A DNA stretch of 63,927 nt, filler included, from Octopus bimaculoides (taxonomy: Eukaryota), in the NCBI RefSeq assembly GCF_001194135.2. It is 7 parts of 7 records of this genome, joined end to end, with 100 filler letters (N's around TTAATTAATTAA, not from the genome) between each part and the next. Parts side by side here need not be neighbours in the genome. Positions count along the whole stretch, not along the records: positions 11,913 to 43,473 come from NC_068998.1; positions 43,574 to 51,904 come from NC_069002.1; 5 more parts are not named here. The stretch is one strand, 5' to 3'. This document shows, piece by piece, positions 36,003-49,133 of this stretch (position 1 is its first letter; every line of letters starts with the position of its first letter). The translations under genes were made by a program, and so were the position numbers. The notes under the pieces are model-generated. The model was not told the origin of the DNA. It was given only the letters and a program-made list of their open reading frames with translations, and searched no databases.

Positions 36003-37500
36003 CAGTCACGTAGCCAGCCAGTTGTAACTGGGGGGCGGGATATCTTGATAGCTGGGCGTGCTGAACAGAACTCTCAAAACAGTACTGTTTATAAAATTTG
36101 ATTACATCTTTCAAGAAAATTCACAACACAAAATAATAAAATCAGGTTACATTTATTTAATACAACTGCAACGTACGGCAACGCAGTACAAAAATTAAGA
36201 AAATCGTCCTTGTCTATACTTGATTTGTGTTTACTAAGGGAAGCAAGTATCACGAAGTTTGATTTTCGTTGGTGCAAAGACAAAAATCGTCGAAAGGGTG
36301 TCATAATTCGAGTTAGCGTCGAAACCGATGACTCACGTGTCACTGTGTTAGATCCAAATGTTAATGCTGCACCATATTATAGATAAACATTTGGAAAAGC
36401 AACCTGTACGATACGTAAAGGTTAAAAAATATCAAACAGTGTCATCACATTTTGTTTGGAAATGAATGTTTTAGCCACAGTAAGTTCAGATAACAAGGCT
36501 GATTTATCGCAATTAAATAAGAGTCTTTCTCTAATGTATATTGGAATAATTTCATAAAAAGACCACAAGGCTGCGTTTCATCTTCCGAATAAAGATCCTC
36601 AAAAACTTCATTTTCGTTTCTTCGGAAAGGCAATTCGTTGCTCAGTTGTTCATTTTGCAAAATTGGAGACACGGATGTTGTGGATAAATGCTGTTGGCGT
36701 TCCCTCCATGTTACCATAGTTTGGATATGGGCTGCAGAGTTTGCGTGCTTATTTAAACCTTAGCTTTTTTCTTTTACCTGATGCCAGTTAGAATATCCAT
36801 CTTTAATAAAGCAAGTATCCGCTTGAGCAGAAGTGTTAAAGTGCCGACAAGCAAAACAAAAGGCTTTCTTTGAAAGAGAATACTGTAACTGTGGACGGCC
36901 GGTATACCAGCTTGAGAGAAGTCACATTTCTGATTCCCATAAATCTTTTATATCAAACTTTCCTAGAACTGGCTGCATTGGTTGGTAGTCGACCTGTCTT
37001 AGATCATTCAATGAGGGTATCAAAGACTCTGCAAAATCTTCTTTGAGCTACGAAACTTCGTTTGCAATTCTTTTCTGTTTAGCATTAGATAAATAAGATT
37101 GGAAATTCAGCAATGATTGTTTCAGTTCTCTTTTTCGGTAGCGATTCATTATGTATCGACACTCCGTAGGACACTGGCCTTAAAGGTATACTTCGTTGCG
37201 TGATCTTACACTAATGTCAGTTGAATAAAAGCGATCTAACCAACACTTTATACTGAATTATACAATGAGCCGCAAAAGAAACGCGATTTTTTTTAATGTC
37301 ATTTTTATATGGTAAATTCTGAAAATTTATTTCGGGGATGTAAGTGTAAATATTCCAAGATATACTGGTTTATGGTTGAGACGCAAATTGCAGGTAACCT
37401 TTCAACTTTCCCTAAAACGAGACACCGAAACGCAGTTGCTTTGAATGCCGTGAGTGGCAGTCGCAAACAATTCTCATGAAAATTGAAATGCACGTGCATC
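36003..37500 (-). mobile_element. Internally deleted hAT DNA transposon (TTF/ZMYM1-like zinc finger plus hATC dimerisation remnant)
   Basis: Minus ..QYSLSKKAFCFACRHF...FIKDGYSNW...NKHANSAAHIQTMVTW, then FPNVY...TRESSVSTLTRIMTPFR. One end reads CAGTCACGTAGCCAG; the matching TIR was not found. Confidence 0.7.
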
Positions 37501-37744
37501 TCGTGTAGGTTATGGGTATAAAAATCAACTTGAACCGCGTTCCTGGCATTTGCAATTTCTCCTTTTGGGGATGAGGACGTAGCTACTTAAGGTTGGTAGA
37601 CTTCGTAGCTTCTTGTTTTATGTATGTTTGAACAATTTGTTTCTTCCGCGCGAGTGGGACTGTTGTCGTTGTTCCCTCTTACCTGAGGAGGAGCGGGAAG
37701 TGTGTGATTGAAAAATGAACAATGACGAAATTAGCTCTTCCGAC

Positions 37745-39008
37745 ATGGATCCGTCGGAGGATGAGCTAGTGAAGTACGTAAATAGTATGGGGAAGAATTG
37801 AGGAAGAGAGAAGCAAATGAAAAGAAGAGTTTTGCAGATGTAACCGAAATAAAAAGGAAAGACTTAAAAGTCGAAATGCAGGAGTTGAAAAAGTATGGAA
37901 ATATGTTGCTAAGGGAGAGGCATGAAATAAGATTGAAGTGGCTCAGAACGTAGAAAAAAAAACACAAAAATAAAACAGTGATATTTAAAACGTTCATCAA
38001 AAAGGAAAAATCCATTAACGTAGCAGAGAGGAAAGAAACTGAGAAGTGTTTGGAACCCATCTGGTCGGATATAATATACCTGGCCAGGGGTGCCAAATTT
38101 TCCACCGTGGAGGTGCTTTTCCACAGAGGAGAAGGCCAGGCAACACTCCTACCCTCTTACCTTTGTAGACGTGCCTACAGAGTCAGGGTGGAGGAGATAC
38201 CACAAGAGGTGGATGTTGCCTGGTTGATAGCGGCGATAGTGTTTGGCATGGAGGAGAAAGTAACAATCCTCCAGGCCGTGAGAGTACCGGCGAAAAACTG
38301 GATGGAGCAAAGCCTGGAAATGGTTATCCAGGCTGCCCCAGATATCCTGAATAATATTGTGAACACCATTATGGTAGGAGAAAGAAAGTTTAGGGTAATG
38401 GTGGAGGCCGAGGTGTTTCAAGTGTTGCCAAATTGGTCACATAATAGCCGAATGCCCTCCTCCTCCTTCAAAAAGCAACTCCGGTGGAGAACGCACCTTC
38501 ACTCATCGTGACATCAAAGATGGAAGAAGATTGTAGCAAGGAACCGGGTGAATAGGTGGAAACAACAGAGAAATGGACGGAGGCGACCAAAAAGAGAAAC
38601 AGGAAGAAAAGGAGAAAGAACCTCTCGAGTGATGATGATCCCTGCCCCGCTTCACCCCAATTCTCTCCCGCAAGCACCAGCTCTCGCCCTACTCCACCAA
38701 ACACTACCCCGACCATGCAATCATGCCAGAACCAAAATCTCACCCCCCACCCCAAGAAAAGAAGTACCTTATGTTGTGTTACAAGAATAATAAACAGATG
38801 ATGATGGAGTTAGACAATGCAAAGGACGTTGCATGACCAATTCCCAGGAGCGATAGGTCCGGTCATTGGTGAGGATCTATATAATAGACTGCAAGTATGT
38901 GGGCGAGTTGAAAAACAATCCAGGGCAATTGTTAAACAAGTGGATACAACTGGGATGAATTTAAGCGAAATTGTAAGTATAAAGGACTTGTGTAAAAGAG
39001 GAATATAA
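37745..39008 (+). pseudogene. LINE ORF1-like copy A (with CCHC knuckle)
   Basis: IFKTF...EKCLEPIWSDIIYLARGAKFSTVEVLF...EIPQEVDVAWLIAAIV...; RCFKCCQIGHIIAECP; WTEATKKRNRKKRR; GEDLYNRL. Confidence 0.75.
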
Positions 39009-39089
39009 AAACTGTTGTTAATGTGTAAAGTAATAATTATGTGGAAAAAAAAAGACTCAACGGGGTAACCTTTTTTCCTATTAAGAAAA

Positions 39090-40483
39090 ATGGAATTATT
39101 AAGCTCGTCTGAGCCAGGGTCTTCTGTAGAGGATCTCACCCAAATGGAGCAGAATTTGAACACACAAAAGTTGAATAAAAAAAGCCGACAACGGAGATGG
39201 ATGAAAATAAAAAAAATAAAAAGGAAGAAATTGAAAAAGCGTTTAGTTTTGCGGCTGTCATCAGCGTCAACAGAGAAGAAATTCAGCTAAAAAAGGAAGA
39301 CCTTGGAAAATTTCAAGGTCTACTTTAAAAGGAGTGGCACGAAATAAAGTTGATCCCTCTTCGTGAAATTACTCATATAACAAGCAGAAAAACGGTGATT
39401 TTCAAAACGTTTGACATGAGAAAAATTGAAATTAGAGATGATGTCCAAAGAGGCAGTTGAAAAATGTCTACAACCCATATAGCCAAGCATAAAATATCTG
39501 GCCAGGGGTTAAAAGTTCGCGACAGTGGAGGTGCATTTTCATACGGAAGAAAAAGCGAGGCAACATTCCACAGTGCCTCTTAAAACGGTGGAGGTGGTTC
39601 TACTGCCAACCTACTTTGGAAGACGTTCTTCCAAGGCGACGGTAGGAGAAATACCTCCAGAGGTGGATGTTGCCTGGCTTGTGGCAGCAGTGGTACTAGG
39701 CTTGGAGGATAAACTTTCAATCCTCCAAGCCACAAGAATCCATCAGCAGAACTGGCAGGGACAGGGCCTTGGAATGTTGATCTAGGCAGCCCCTGAAGTT
39801 CTCGAAGAACGACACCATACTGGTGGGCGAATAAACAAAGGAGGCCTCGCTGTTATAAGTGTGGCCACAAGTGCCACATCAGAACAGGTGCTCTCCACCT
39901 CCTGCGAAAGCACCAGAAGTACCACCAGTAAGCAAGACAGCCGCACTTCCACCTTCTGCGAAGCCAGAGGTCAGGAAGACCACAGAGGAACCAAGTACGC
40001 CTAAGGAGCCGGAAGATGGGGAGTTTACCGAAGTCTCCAGAAAGAAAAAACGAAGGAATTTCCAACCCATCCCACTGTCACCAGCCTCACCCTACCCCTG
40101 CAAACATCAGTCCTATGCTCACCCACCCGAACCCCCTTCCCACAGACACAAGCACACATGCAGATACTTCAAATCTCCAAACGCCCTACTCACCCCATTT
40201 TATCACGGCTTACAATTCTAAAAACGCAAATCTCAAAAAAATATTAAAAAGCATGACCTCTGTTTCACCATTTACTCATTCCACAGACATAATCAACCCC
40301 CCCCCCACCGTATATAAAATTCATTTATATTGACAATCACAGCTACATTGAGCTAGCTAAAACGTTCTCAAAGGAAACGGGTCCGCTCAAGACAGACTTT
40401 GGGATTGCATTATACCATAAATTCATTAGGATCCCACAATCCACGGACGAGGAGGAGGGGGTAGACCCTAACCTTTAAGGTAA
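39090..40483 (+). pseudogene. LINE ORF1-like copy B (with knuckle remnant)
   Basis: IFKTF...EKCLQPI.PSIKYLARG.KFATVEVHF...EIPPEVDVAWLVAAVV...; CYKCGHKCHI; FTEVSRKKKRR; GIALYHKF. TAA lies just before the ORF2 ATG (taagATG). Confidence 0.75.
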
Positions 40484-40484
40484 G

Positions 40485-43286
40485 ATGTCTTCCTTGTCTT
40501 GTCTTAATGTAGGGTGTATAAATGTGCGCGGCCTGAGTTCGGTAAGGAAGCAAGCAGGCCTCCGTGACGATCTCAGGTCGCATAGATTGGATATTGTCGT
40601 TGCTACAGAAACTAGACTGGCATTCTCTCCCTTCCTAAATGACTACGAGAATGTGATTTCTCCATGTCAACCTAGAGGGGAGAAGGTGTCGTGGTCCTTC
40701 TCAGGAAGGTCTCGAAGCTGAAGTTAAGAACAATCTTTGTTGACCCGGCAAGCTGGTCGTCTTGGATGTGACACAAAGCAGTCCTTCAGGTTAGTGGCTG
40801 TACACGTTCCTTGTAGAGCGGGGCAGTCCGATTTTTTTCGAAGCCTAGAAAGTTTTCTTGGAACGTCGCATTCTTTAGGCGACACAATCTACGCGTGCAT
40901 CTGCGATGCACGCGTAGATTGTGTTGGCTCTAATCCATAAAGGAGGGGTAACTCATGCCTCAGCGATCTGCTCAGACGTTTTCAGCTGGCAGATCGACAC
41001 AAACTAGAATATCTGGACGCTCAAGTGTGGACCTGGACTAATAGAGACGGATTTTGTAGGTCGTATCTAGATAGAATTATAGTTAGACGTAAAGGCAAAG
41101 ATTTAACCAGATGTCCACAATTTCATTATGCCTGCTACAGTGATCAGACTAGACTTAGATAGAACACGTAGATCGGGGCCCGGATACTGGAAACGCAACA
41201 AGTCTTTGTTGGACTGTGAGGAGTACAGGAGTTGGATTAGACAACTAGTTATGAGGGCTTTAACCAGCGCCATTATTAATAACAAATGGTAGTTGGTCCT
41301 CAAAAGAGCCATCAAGTTTGAGTCGGTTAGGCTTAGTAAAGAGCTAGTACGCGAGAAGAATAGAATAGAAAGGGATCTGGCAATGCGTCTCAAGTGATGA
41401 CTGCGAGGTTGGCGCTAAACCAACACCTTCAGACCAAACACGTGAGATGCTTTGTAAGATCTAGGCTCCGTGCAATGGGGCGGGAAGGTATCAACGCTAT
41501 CGGATGGGCCCGTGTAGTAGAGACTCAACGTGGAAATGATGCCACAATTAGGTCTTTCACGGATCAACATGAGCGTACGGTAACGAACCCGAGGAGATGT
41601 GTAAGGGTTTTCAGGAACATTTCGCCCAGCGGTTCGGGAGGGGCGGTGGGCCGGAGCGCAGGGAGGACCTCACGGACTTTCTCAACGGCATGCCGCGCCT
41701 CTCGAGGCAGGAAGAAGAGTACTGTGAAGGTTCGATCACGGCTGCAGAAGTGGAGGAGGCTTTGTTAGACTGCGGTGGGTACAAGTCGCTGGGACTGGAT
41801 GGTCTTCCCTACGAACTTTATTTCAGAATACCAGACTTGTCTGGTCACCTGCTGGCATGCATCTTCGCCAACTGGCAGCATAACGAGTTTATATCCAGAT
41901 CTGTGAGTCGGGTGGTGGTGGCGCTGCTTCGAAAGGACCCAAACAAGGGGATAAAATAGATAACTTTCGACCCATCACTATGCTTAACGCAAAGTTGCAA
42001 GTTTTGACCAAGGTTTTTTATCAAAAAGGTTGGCATGGGTCCTGGATGGAATAGTCGGGGAGGCGCAAGCTTGCGCCATCCCCGGCAGGACCATACAGGA
42101 CAATCTCCACCTTATACGCTACAGGCTTCCTGGCAAGGGTGGGGCTCTGGTCCATTTAGACCAATCGAAAGCTTTCGATAGGGTTGACCATCGGTATCTG
42201 GTGTCGGTCCTCGCGGCGGTTGAGCTTGGCCCGACCTTCCGTAACTGGATCATTGCCTTGTATGGCAACATCGATTCGGTAGTTCGGGTGAGCGGTTTCC
42301 TCTCGAAACCGTTCTGCATGAAACGTTCGGAGCGTCAACAATGTTCCCTCTCCCCACTTCTGTATGTGTTGGCTCTGGAGCTTTTACTGCAGAAATTGGA
42401 GGGTATGAGGGGCGTCTCGCGTGACCTCGGTTGTGGAAGATCGGTTACTGCGTATATAGACGACATCACCATCATCGTGTCTGCGGTGGTGGCAAGAGCA
42501 AAACTTATTCGGGATAAGTCATTCGGCTTGCAGCTCGGCACCTGGAAAGGCTAGTCGATACCTCCTAACAACGTCGTCGGATGTTGGACAGAGGGCCCGA
42601 TTAAATTGCTAGGGGTCCGGTTCGGTCCCGACCTCTAGATAGAGAATTGGAGCAAGGTGGCGAGCAGGGTGGCCAACCTAACTTAGACCTGGTCTCTGAG
42701 TGGTGGCTATCTCTGAAATGGATAGTGGAGGTCGCAAATATGTTTACCACATCTGTGATTGCTTACCACCTGACCGTCGTGCCTTGTCCCGATTCGTGGC
42801 TAAGCAAAATGGAACGGATGCTCTTCCGCTTTATGTGGAAGAGCAAAGGTCTACTTGTAAGGCGCCCTATCTGCTTCCAACAGCCGCTAAAGGCTGTGTT
42901 AGGGATGCCGTGGCAGACATGCGTTGAGGCTGAGGCATCTCTGGCCCTACCTGGATGGTGAGCGGGTGTGGTCTCCGTTCGTCAAACTGATTTGTCATCG
43001 ATTCACTAGTTTTGGTGGATTGGAACCATGGATAAAGCGTAAGCCTAAAGTGGGTGCGTGGCAGGCTGAATGTCGGCAGGCACTCGCGCTTCTCTACCGG
43101 ACGGGTAATGCCGGTGGCGGAGGTACCACCTCATCATTCTATAGGGGGCTGGTAGAGGCAAAGTGTGACGAGGATCTGGGGGAAACCCTGGGCTTCGAGG
43201 AATGTTAGTTTGTTGGTTTGTTCCGAAGGACATTCAGGCTGGGGCCTTTGGATAATTTCAAGAGGTCTCTAGCTTGGCAATGTTAA
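40485..43286 (+). pseudogene. LINE ORF2: AP endonuclease plus reverse transcriptase (L1/Tx1 clade)
   Basis: CINVRGL...ATETRL; SYLDRI; GPGYWKRN; GLDGLPYE; NFRPITMLN; LDQSKAFDRVDH; CSLSPLLYVL; AYIDDIT. Confidence 0.9.
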
Positions 43287-43472
43287 GGCGGTGAGCTGGC
43301 AGAAACGTTAGCACGCCAGGCAAAATTCTTAGCGTTATTTCGTCTGTCTTTACGTTCTGAGTTCAAATTCCGCCGAGGTCGACTTTGCCTTTCATCCTTT
43401 CGCGGTCGATAAATTTGTGTACTGGGGTCGATCCAATCGACTGGCTTCTTCTCCGTAAAATTTGTGCCTTAA
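43287..43472 (+). mobile_element. tRNA-derived SINE
   Basis: ggcggtgagctggcagaaacgttagcacg (A-box-like) ... gagttcaaattcc (B-box). Reverse-strand copies at 9118 and 57131. Confidence 0.75.
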
Positions 43473-43573
43473 GNNNNNNNNNNNNNNNNNNNNNNNNNNN
43501 NNNNNNNNNNNNNNNNNTTAATTAATTAANNNNNNNNNNNNNNNNNNNNNNNNNNNNNNNNNNNNNNNNNNNN

Positions 43574-43930
43574 GTTCATATATGGGCCGGTATGGATTGA
43601 TCGGCATGTGCCGCATCGGCTATCATTGCATTTGGATACAGTGAATGTTTGATTTTTGTTGCTGAGGTCAAACCTTGCCTTTGTTAATAGTTTTTTCAAG
43701 TTTTTAGGTTGTCTCTTACTGAGAGTTATATTTTGATCTGTAATGATATTTCTCAATTCCTTACTTTGTGCAAGGATCGGTAAGTTCGCTTTGGCGATAT
43801 TAAAGATGTTCTGGTGGCATGGATTTTGTGTCACTATAAATGGAATGATCTTTTCCTGTTTGTCTTTTCTTTGCGGTGTCCTCAGTTGTTGTATGGGCAT
43901 TTTCGAAGCCCGCTGAATACCATTTTATAT
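43574..43930 (-). mobile_element. PLE (Penelope/Poseidon-like) linker fragment
   Basis: IIPFIVTQNP...SKRQPKNLKKLLTKARF...VSKCNDSRCGTCRSI. Confidence 0.75.
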
Positions 43931-43974
43931 GCGCGCATGCGCATTGTTTATTTTTAAGTTTGTCGACTACACAG

Positions 43975-44752
43975 TATGTTAGGGGCACTTGGGCACCGTC
44001 TGTGCAAAAAACAACACCATGACGCTACTCACTCAGACGGAAATTTGGAAACGGACATGCTGTACGGCTTGGCATTCGCATTGGAAGCGCCAATACGAAC
44101 ATTTCAGAGTGTTTATGTCGATCTGAGAACTGTGTGCCGAGAGTGATAAAAACCAAACATCCAGTCAACATTATTGTGTTTGAAATGATCGGTAGTGATG
44201 GTGACGTTATGGCTCCATTCATCTTCCCACCTGGCATTAGACTCAACAGAAAGGCTTACATCAAGTGCCTGGAGGAGTTAATGCTACCCTGGATCATGAA
44301 GTTGGTTATTGGAAGATCCTATGACAGACAACAGGATTCTGTACCATGCCACAGTAGTAAGAGAACCCAGTCATGACTGTCAGACAATTTCTGCCACCGC
44401 ATCACCCCAAAACATCTGGCCACCTAACTCCTCAGACTGCAACCCCCTTCATTATTATGTGTGGGGCATACTTCAGCGAGAGACCAACAAAATTCTTTGT
44501 AACACCAAAGATTAACTGAAGGCAAGGATTATGGCAGCATTCACCAAATTAAACATCCAGAAGAGTTGCAGAAGATTCCAAATTTGTTTGGAAGGTGTGG
44601 TTGAAGGCAATGGCGATTTTATTGAATAAATTTAGTCTCTAGTATTTGAAGATATCTTTATGTAATATTGGTAAATATATCTGTAAAAATGGAGTGTCAG
44701 TGTTATTCTCACTTTTGCGAAATTTAGACGACAATATATTCATCGCACTCTT
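43975..44752 (+). mobile_element. Internally deleted DD37D (maT) transposon
   Basis: IKTKHPVNIIVFEMIGSDGDVMAPFIFP; QQDSVPCH...WPPNSSDCNPLHYYVWG, with 37 residues from D to the D->H position. Confidence 0.85.
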
Positions 44753-45180
44753 GAGATATATATATATATATATACATACATACATGCATGCACCTATGTA
44801 TATGCATATATATGTGTGTTCGTGTGTGTATATATATATATATANNNNNNNNNNNNNNNNNNNNNNNNNNNNNNNNNNNNNNNNNNNNNNNNNNNNNNNN
44901 NNNNNNNNNNNNNNNNNNNNNNNNNNNNNNNNNNNNNNNNNNNNNNNNNNNNNNNNNNNNNNNNNNNNNNNNNNNNNNNNNNNNNNNNNNNNNNNNNNNN
45001 NNNNNNNNNNNNNNNNNNNNNNNNNNNNNNNNNNNNNNNNNNNNNNNNNNNNNNNNNNNNNNNNNNNNNNNNNNNNNNNNNNNNNNNNNNNNNNNNNNNN
45101 NNNNNNNNNNNNNNNNNNNNNNNNNNNNNNNNNNNNNNNNNNNNNNNNNNNNNNNNNNNNNNNNNNNNNNNNNNNNNNNN

Positions 45181-45248
<68 letters not shown>

Positions 45249-46056
45249 TATATGTGTGTGTATGTGTGTGACTGCATGTGTGTCTGCGTTTATATCTCAC
45301 TGGGTTGTTACGATTTTTATCGTCGAAATACTTAAAGAGAACAAATAAGAACGGAAGAAGGAATCAGTCATCAGAAATGAATAATCCCCAAACTGGAATG
45401 TGATGTCTGGAATAATGGTGAGTGGAATATTATTGATGGATGAATGAATAGTGTTTGAGTTTTAATTAATGAGACGATCTAAACGACAGAATGTAACACA
45501 AACAGCCGAGAAACTTGTTAAAATGCAGAGGGTTGGAGGAGGGAAATAGAGGGGCAAACGATGGTTATCTACATTTGTTTATATAATTCAGTAAAGATAT
45601 AAAAGTTAAAACAGTAAAATTTATTTAAAATTTAAATTAAGCCAATCGATTCATAACTATGAACCGAATGAACTAATTTGTTATTTTTCATTAGTAAAAG
45701 TAACAGGCCAAATATTTAACATGGATCTAATTATATAAATAATTAATGAATATTCATATCGAGAAATATACGAATTTATACAAGCCCTGACAATGTTTAA
45801 TGCTAAAACGATCGGATTTCAGGCATTATTAACTATAGTTTTGGCTTCTATGATTTACTTGTTTCAGTAATAGACTGCGGCCATGCTGGGTCACCATCCT
45901 GAAGAATGTTAGTTGAACGAATCGACCACAGTTGTTATTGTATCAGTCACTTTTGCCAAACCGCTAAGCTACGGGGACGTAAACACTCCAACACTGGTTG
46001 TCAATCATGATGGGGGACACTTATGCAAATGCACACGCAGACACACACACATACAT

Positions 46057-46093
<37 letters not shown>

Positions 46094-49000
46094 NNNNNNN
46101 NNNNNNNNNNNNNNNNNNNNNNNNNNNNNNNNNNNNNNNNNNNNNNNNNNNNNNNNNNNNNNNNNNNNNNNNNNNNNNNNNNNNNNNNNNNNNNNNNNNN
46201 NNNNNNNNNNNNNNNNNNNNNNNNNNNNNNNNNNNNNNNNNNNNNNNNNNNNNNNNNNNNNNNNNNNNNNNNNNNNNNNNNNNNNNNNNNNNNNNNNNNN
46301 NNNNNNNNNNNNNNNNNNNNNNNNNNNNNNNNNNNNNNNNNNNNNNNNNNNNNNNNNNNNNNNNNNNNNNNNNNNNNNNNNNNNNNNNNNNNNNNNNNNN
46401 NNNNNNNNNNNNNNNNNNNNNNNNNNNNNNNNNNNNNNNNNNNNNNNNNNNNNNNNNNNNNNNNNNNNNNNNNNNNNNNNNNNNNNNNNNNNNNNNNNNN
46501 NNNNNNNNNNNNNNNNNNNNNNNNNNNNNNNNNNNNNNNNNNNNNNNNNNNNNNNNNNNNNNNNNNTGAACCCAGAACCATGTGGTTGTGAAGTAAACTT
46601 CTTAGTACACAGTTACCCCGGCGCCTATTGTGTAACTATTTTGAGATTTTGTGATGGTTTATTTTGCATATTTTTAAGAGTGAAATATCTATACCATTTG
46701 AATATCTTTGATCTATGTTAGTATTAAAAATATAATAAATATATACACGTGTGTGTGTGCGTGCGTGCGCGCGTGTGTGTGCGTGAGTGCGCGCGTGTGT
46801 ATGTGTATTGCAATTTCCCTGTTATGGTACTATACATATATTTACAACAGTTAAATATTTAATAACATCGGAAAATTTCTGGGAGTTAAAGCAACACTGG
46901 ACAACACAGAACATGCCCCGAGGGAAGTCATTAAAATTTTTATAGATCCGACATGGGACACAAGAGAAAGGTTATAGTTAATGAGTTTATGCTCATTGAT
47001 TAACTATTCATAAATATAAAGAAGAAAATAAAAGATGAGGTTAGGGACGTGTCTTGGTTATATAAATATATACACATTACATAAGTTCACATACTTAGAT
47101 CTTTTCTATTGCCACTATAATGACCTTTGCTCTTTGTAACTGGTTGTTCTCGTATTTCCCCTACTCGGTCATCCCTTAAACGAGTTCCTCTATTACTCGG
47201 ATCCACTAGTTGCATCGAGTCCACCTTTCCCAGCACTGATACCCTAAATCCNNNNNNNNNNNNNNNNNNNNNNNNNNNNNNNNNNNNNNNNNNNNNNNNN
47301 NNNNNNNNNNNNNNNNNNNNNNNNNNNNNNNNNNNNNNNNNNNNNNNNNNNNNNNNNNNNNNNNNNNNNNNNNNNNNNNNNNNNNNNNNNNNNNNNNNNN
47401 NNNNNNNNNNNNNNNNNNNNNNNNNNNNNNNNNNNNNNNNNNNNNNNNNNNNNNNNNNNNNNNNNNNNNNNNNNNNNNNNNNNNNNNNNNNNNNNGGATC
47501 CACTAGTTGCATCGAGTCCACCTTTCCCAGCACTGATACCCTAAATCCTTCTCCCATCAGAACCTCGCGTCTTTGGAATCCCTTCTTTGCTCACTTCTTA
47601 ATTTCAGGTTTGGGCCTTCGATATATTAAACGGAAACTTAACGAGGTCAGTCTCTCCAGTCTCGGAGAGCCTCTGAGAACCACGGGATCTTCTCTTTTCT
47701 GTAGACTTAGCAACTAATAAAGTATATATATTGCATAAACTTTACACATACATTCGTCTACAAGACAAGTCATAAACACATATCTACTGTGATCTCTCCA
47801 CATACCTACAAGGAACTATTTTACATACTTAATGCGTTAGATTTACCTAACTTTGAACCTAACACTACAAATTAACTTCCTATCCTGAATAAACTCTTTT
47901 GCTAATTCGTATAATACTAGGCTATATTGATGCCCCACAAAAGCTTTCCTCCATTCCTGATGATTTTAACTTTAAAACGCTATACGATCGTTTGTATACA
48001 CTTCATTTTATTGTCTATATTTTTTTATTATACATTGTTACATTCTAACATCATAACAGACATATAGTAACATGAAAGCAGATTACGTACACAGTAATAA
48101 CATAATAGATAGTAATTAGACCATCTCAATACATGCTGCCTCACCAAATGGTTCTGTTATACTGTTTAATGCTAACCTCTAGCATTCTTTTATTTTCCAC
48201 TCTATTACATTTGCACCCGTGTACACGACCTCTACCCTATCGACGTTGTTATGATTATCTTCTGACATTAACTTTTGTATTCTCCTTTTATTTAAAAATC
48301 TTCATTATGAAACTTATACGTATAACTTTGTGTTTTTTATTATTATTATTATTATAACTCCAATAGATGTTTATGCAGACTACTTCTACGTTAAAAAAAA
48401 ACACATTTTTTTATTGATGTATACATAAATATATATGTGAATATATGTCTGTGGTTTTTGTATAAACGTATATGTCTATGTGAATGTGTGTAAATGCGCG
48501 CGTGTGTGTGTATGTGTGTTGTGTAAATAAATGGACATATGTGTACAGCAATCATAAAACAACAACACCTTAAAATAAGCACATTAAATTAATATTCCTC
48601 AGAGTTGAATACAAAAACATACCTTTACCTACATTATCATTTGAAAAGTTCGGTATTTATTGTAAATGATCGATATTAAGTTGTACGTGAACCTGATGAA
48701 GACATCTATTTAATTATATATAATTTTCAATAGCATATATATAAGCATTCTTGCCTTTTGTCGTCTTTGACAATATCTAATCGTTCCTTCCTTTCAATTC
48801 TAAACTCACTCATTACAATGCTTATAATGTTTGTTTAGCGTTACATTTCGGTACTGTCAAAATAATTACTTCCCTTGCTATATGTTGTGAGAATACATTA
48901 TTTTATTTAAATCCTAGGAATGTTCAAAAGTTAGACATATTTCACTGTTAAAGACATGTAAATTATGCCCTCACTAAAATCTGCCTTTTGAAATCTACAT

Positions 49001-49133
49001 AAGCTTTGCACGCAGAAATAGATTATCTTACCTTGTGAAAACCAATGTATGCATTTAACATTCTTAATGTTATTGAAGAATGTAAAAAGAAAGAAAATGA
49101 ACAGCTTCTGACAATGCGGAAAGTTTAATAAAA

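Larger units (their letters stand above)
37570..43286 (+). mobile_element. L1/Tx1-type LINE with two tandem ORF1-like regions and an APE-RT ORF2 (decayed, 3' end cut by a SINE and scaffold break)
   Basis: See the component features. The domain order is ORF1a, ORF1b, APE, RT. Confidence 0.8.

Noticed and set aside
47198-47550. ~54-bp direct repeat on both sides of a gap
   Set aside because: An exact duplicate flanking N, typical of unmerged contig overlap or a collapsed tandem repeat.
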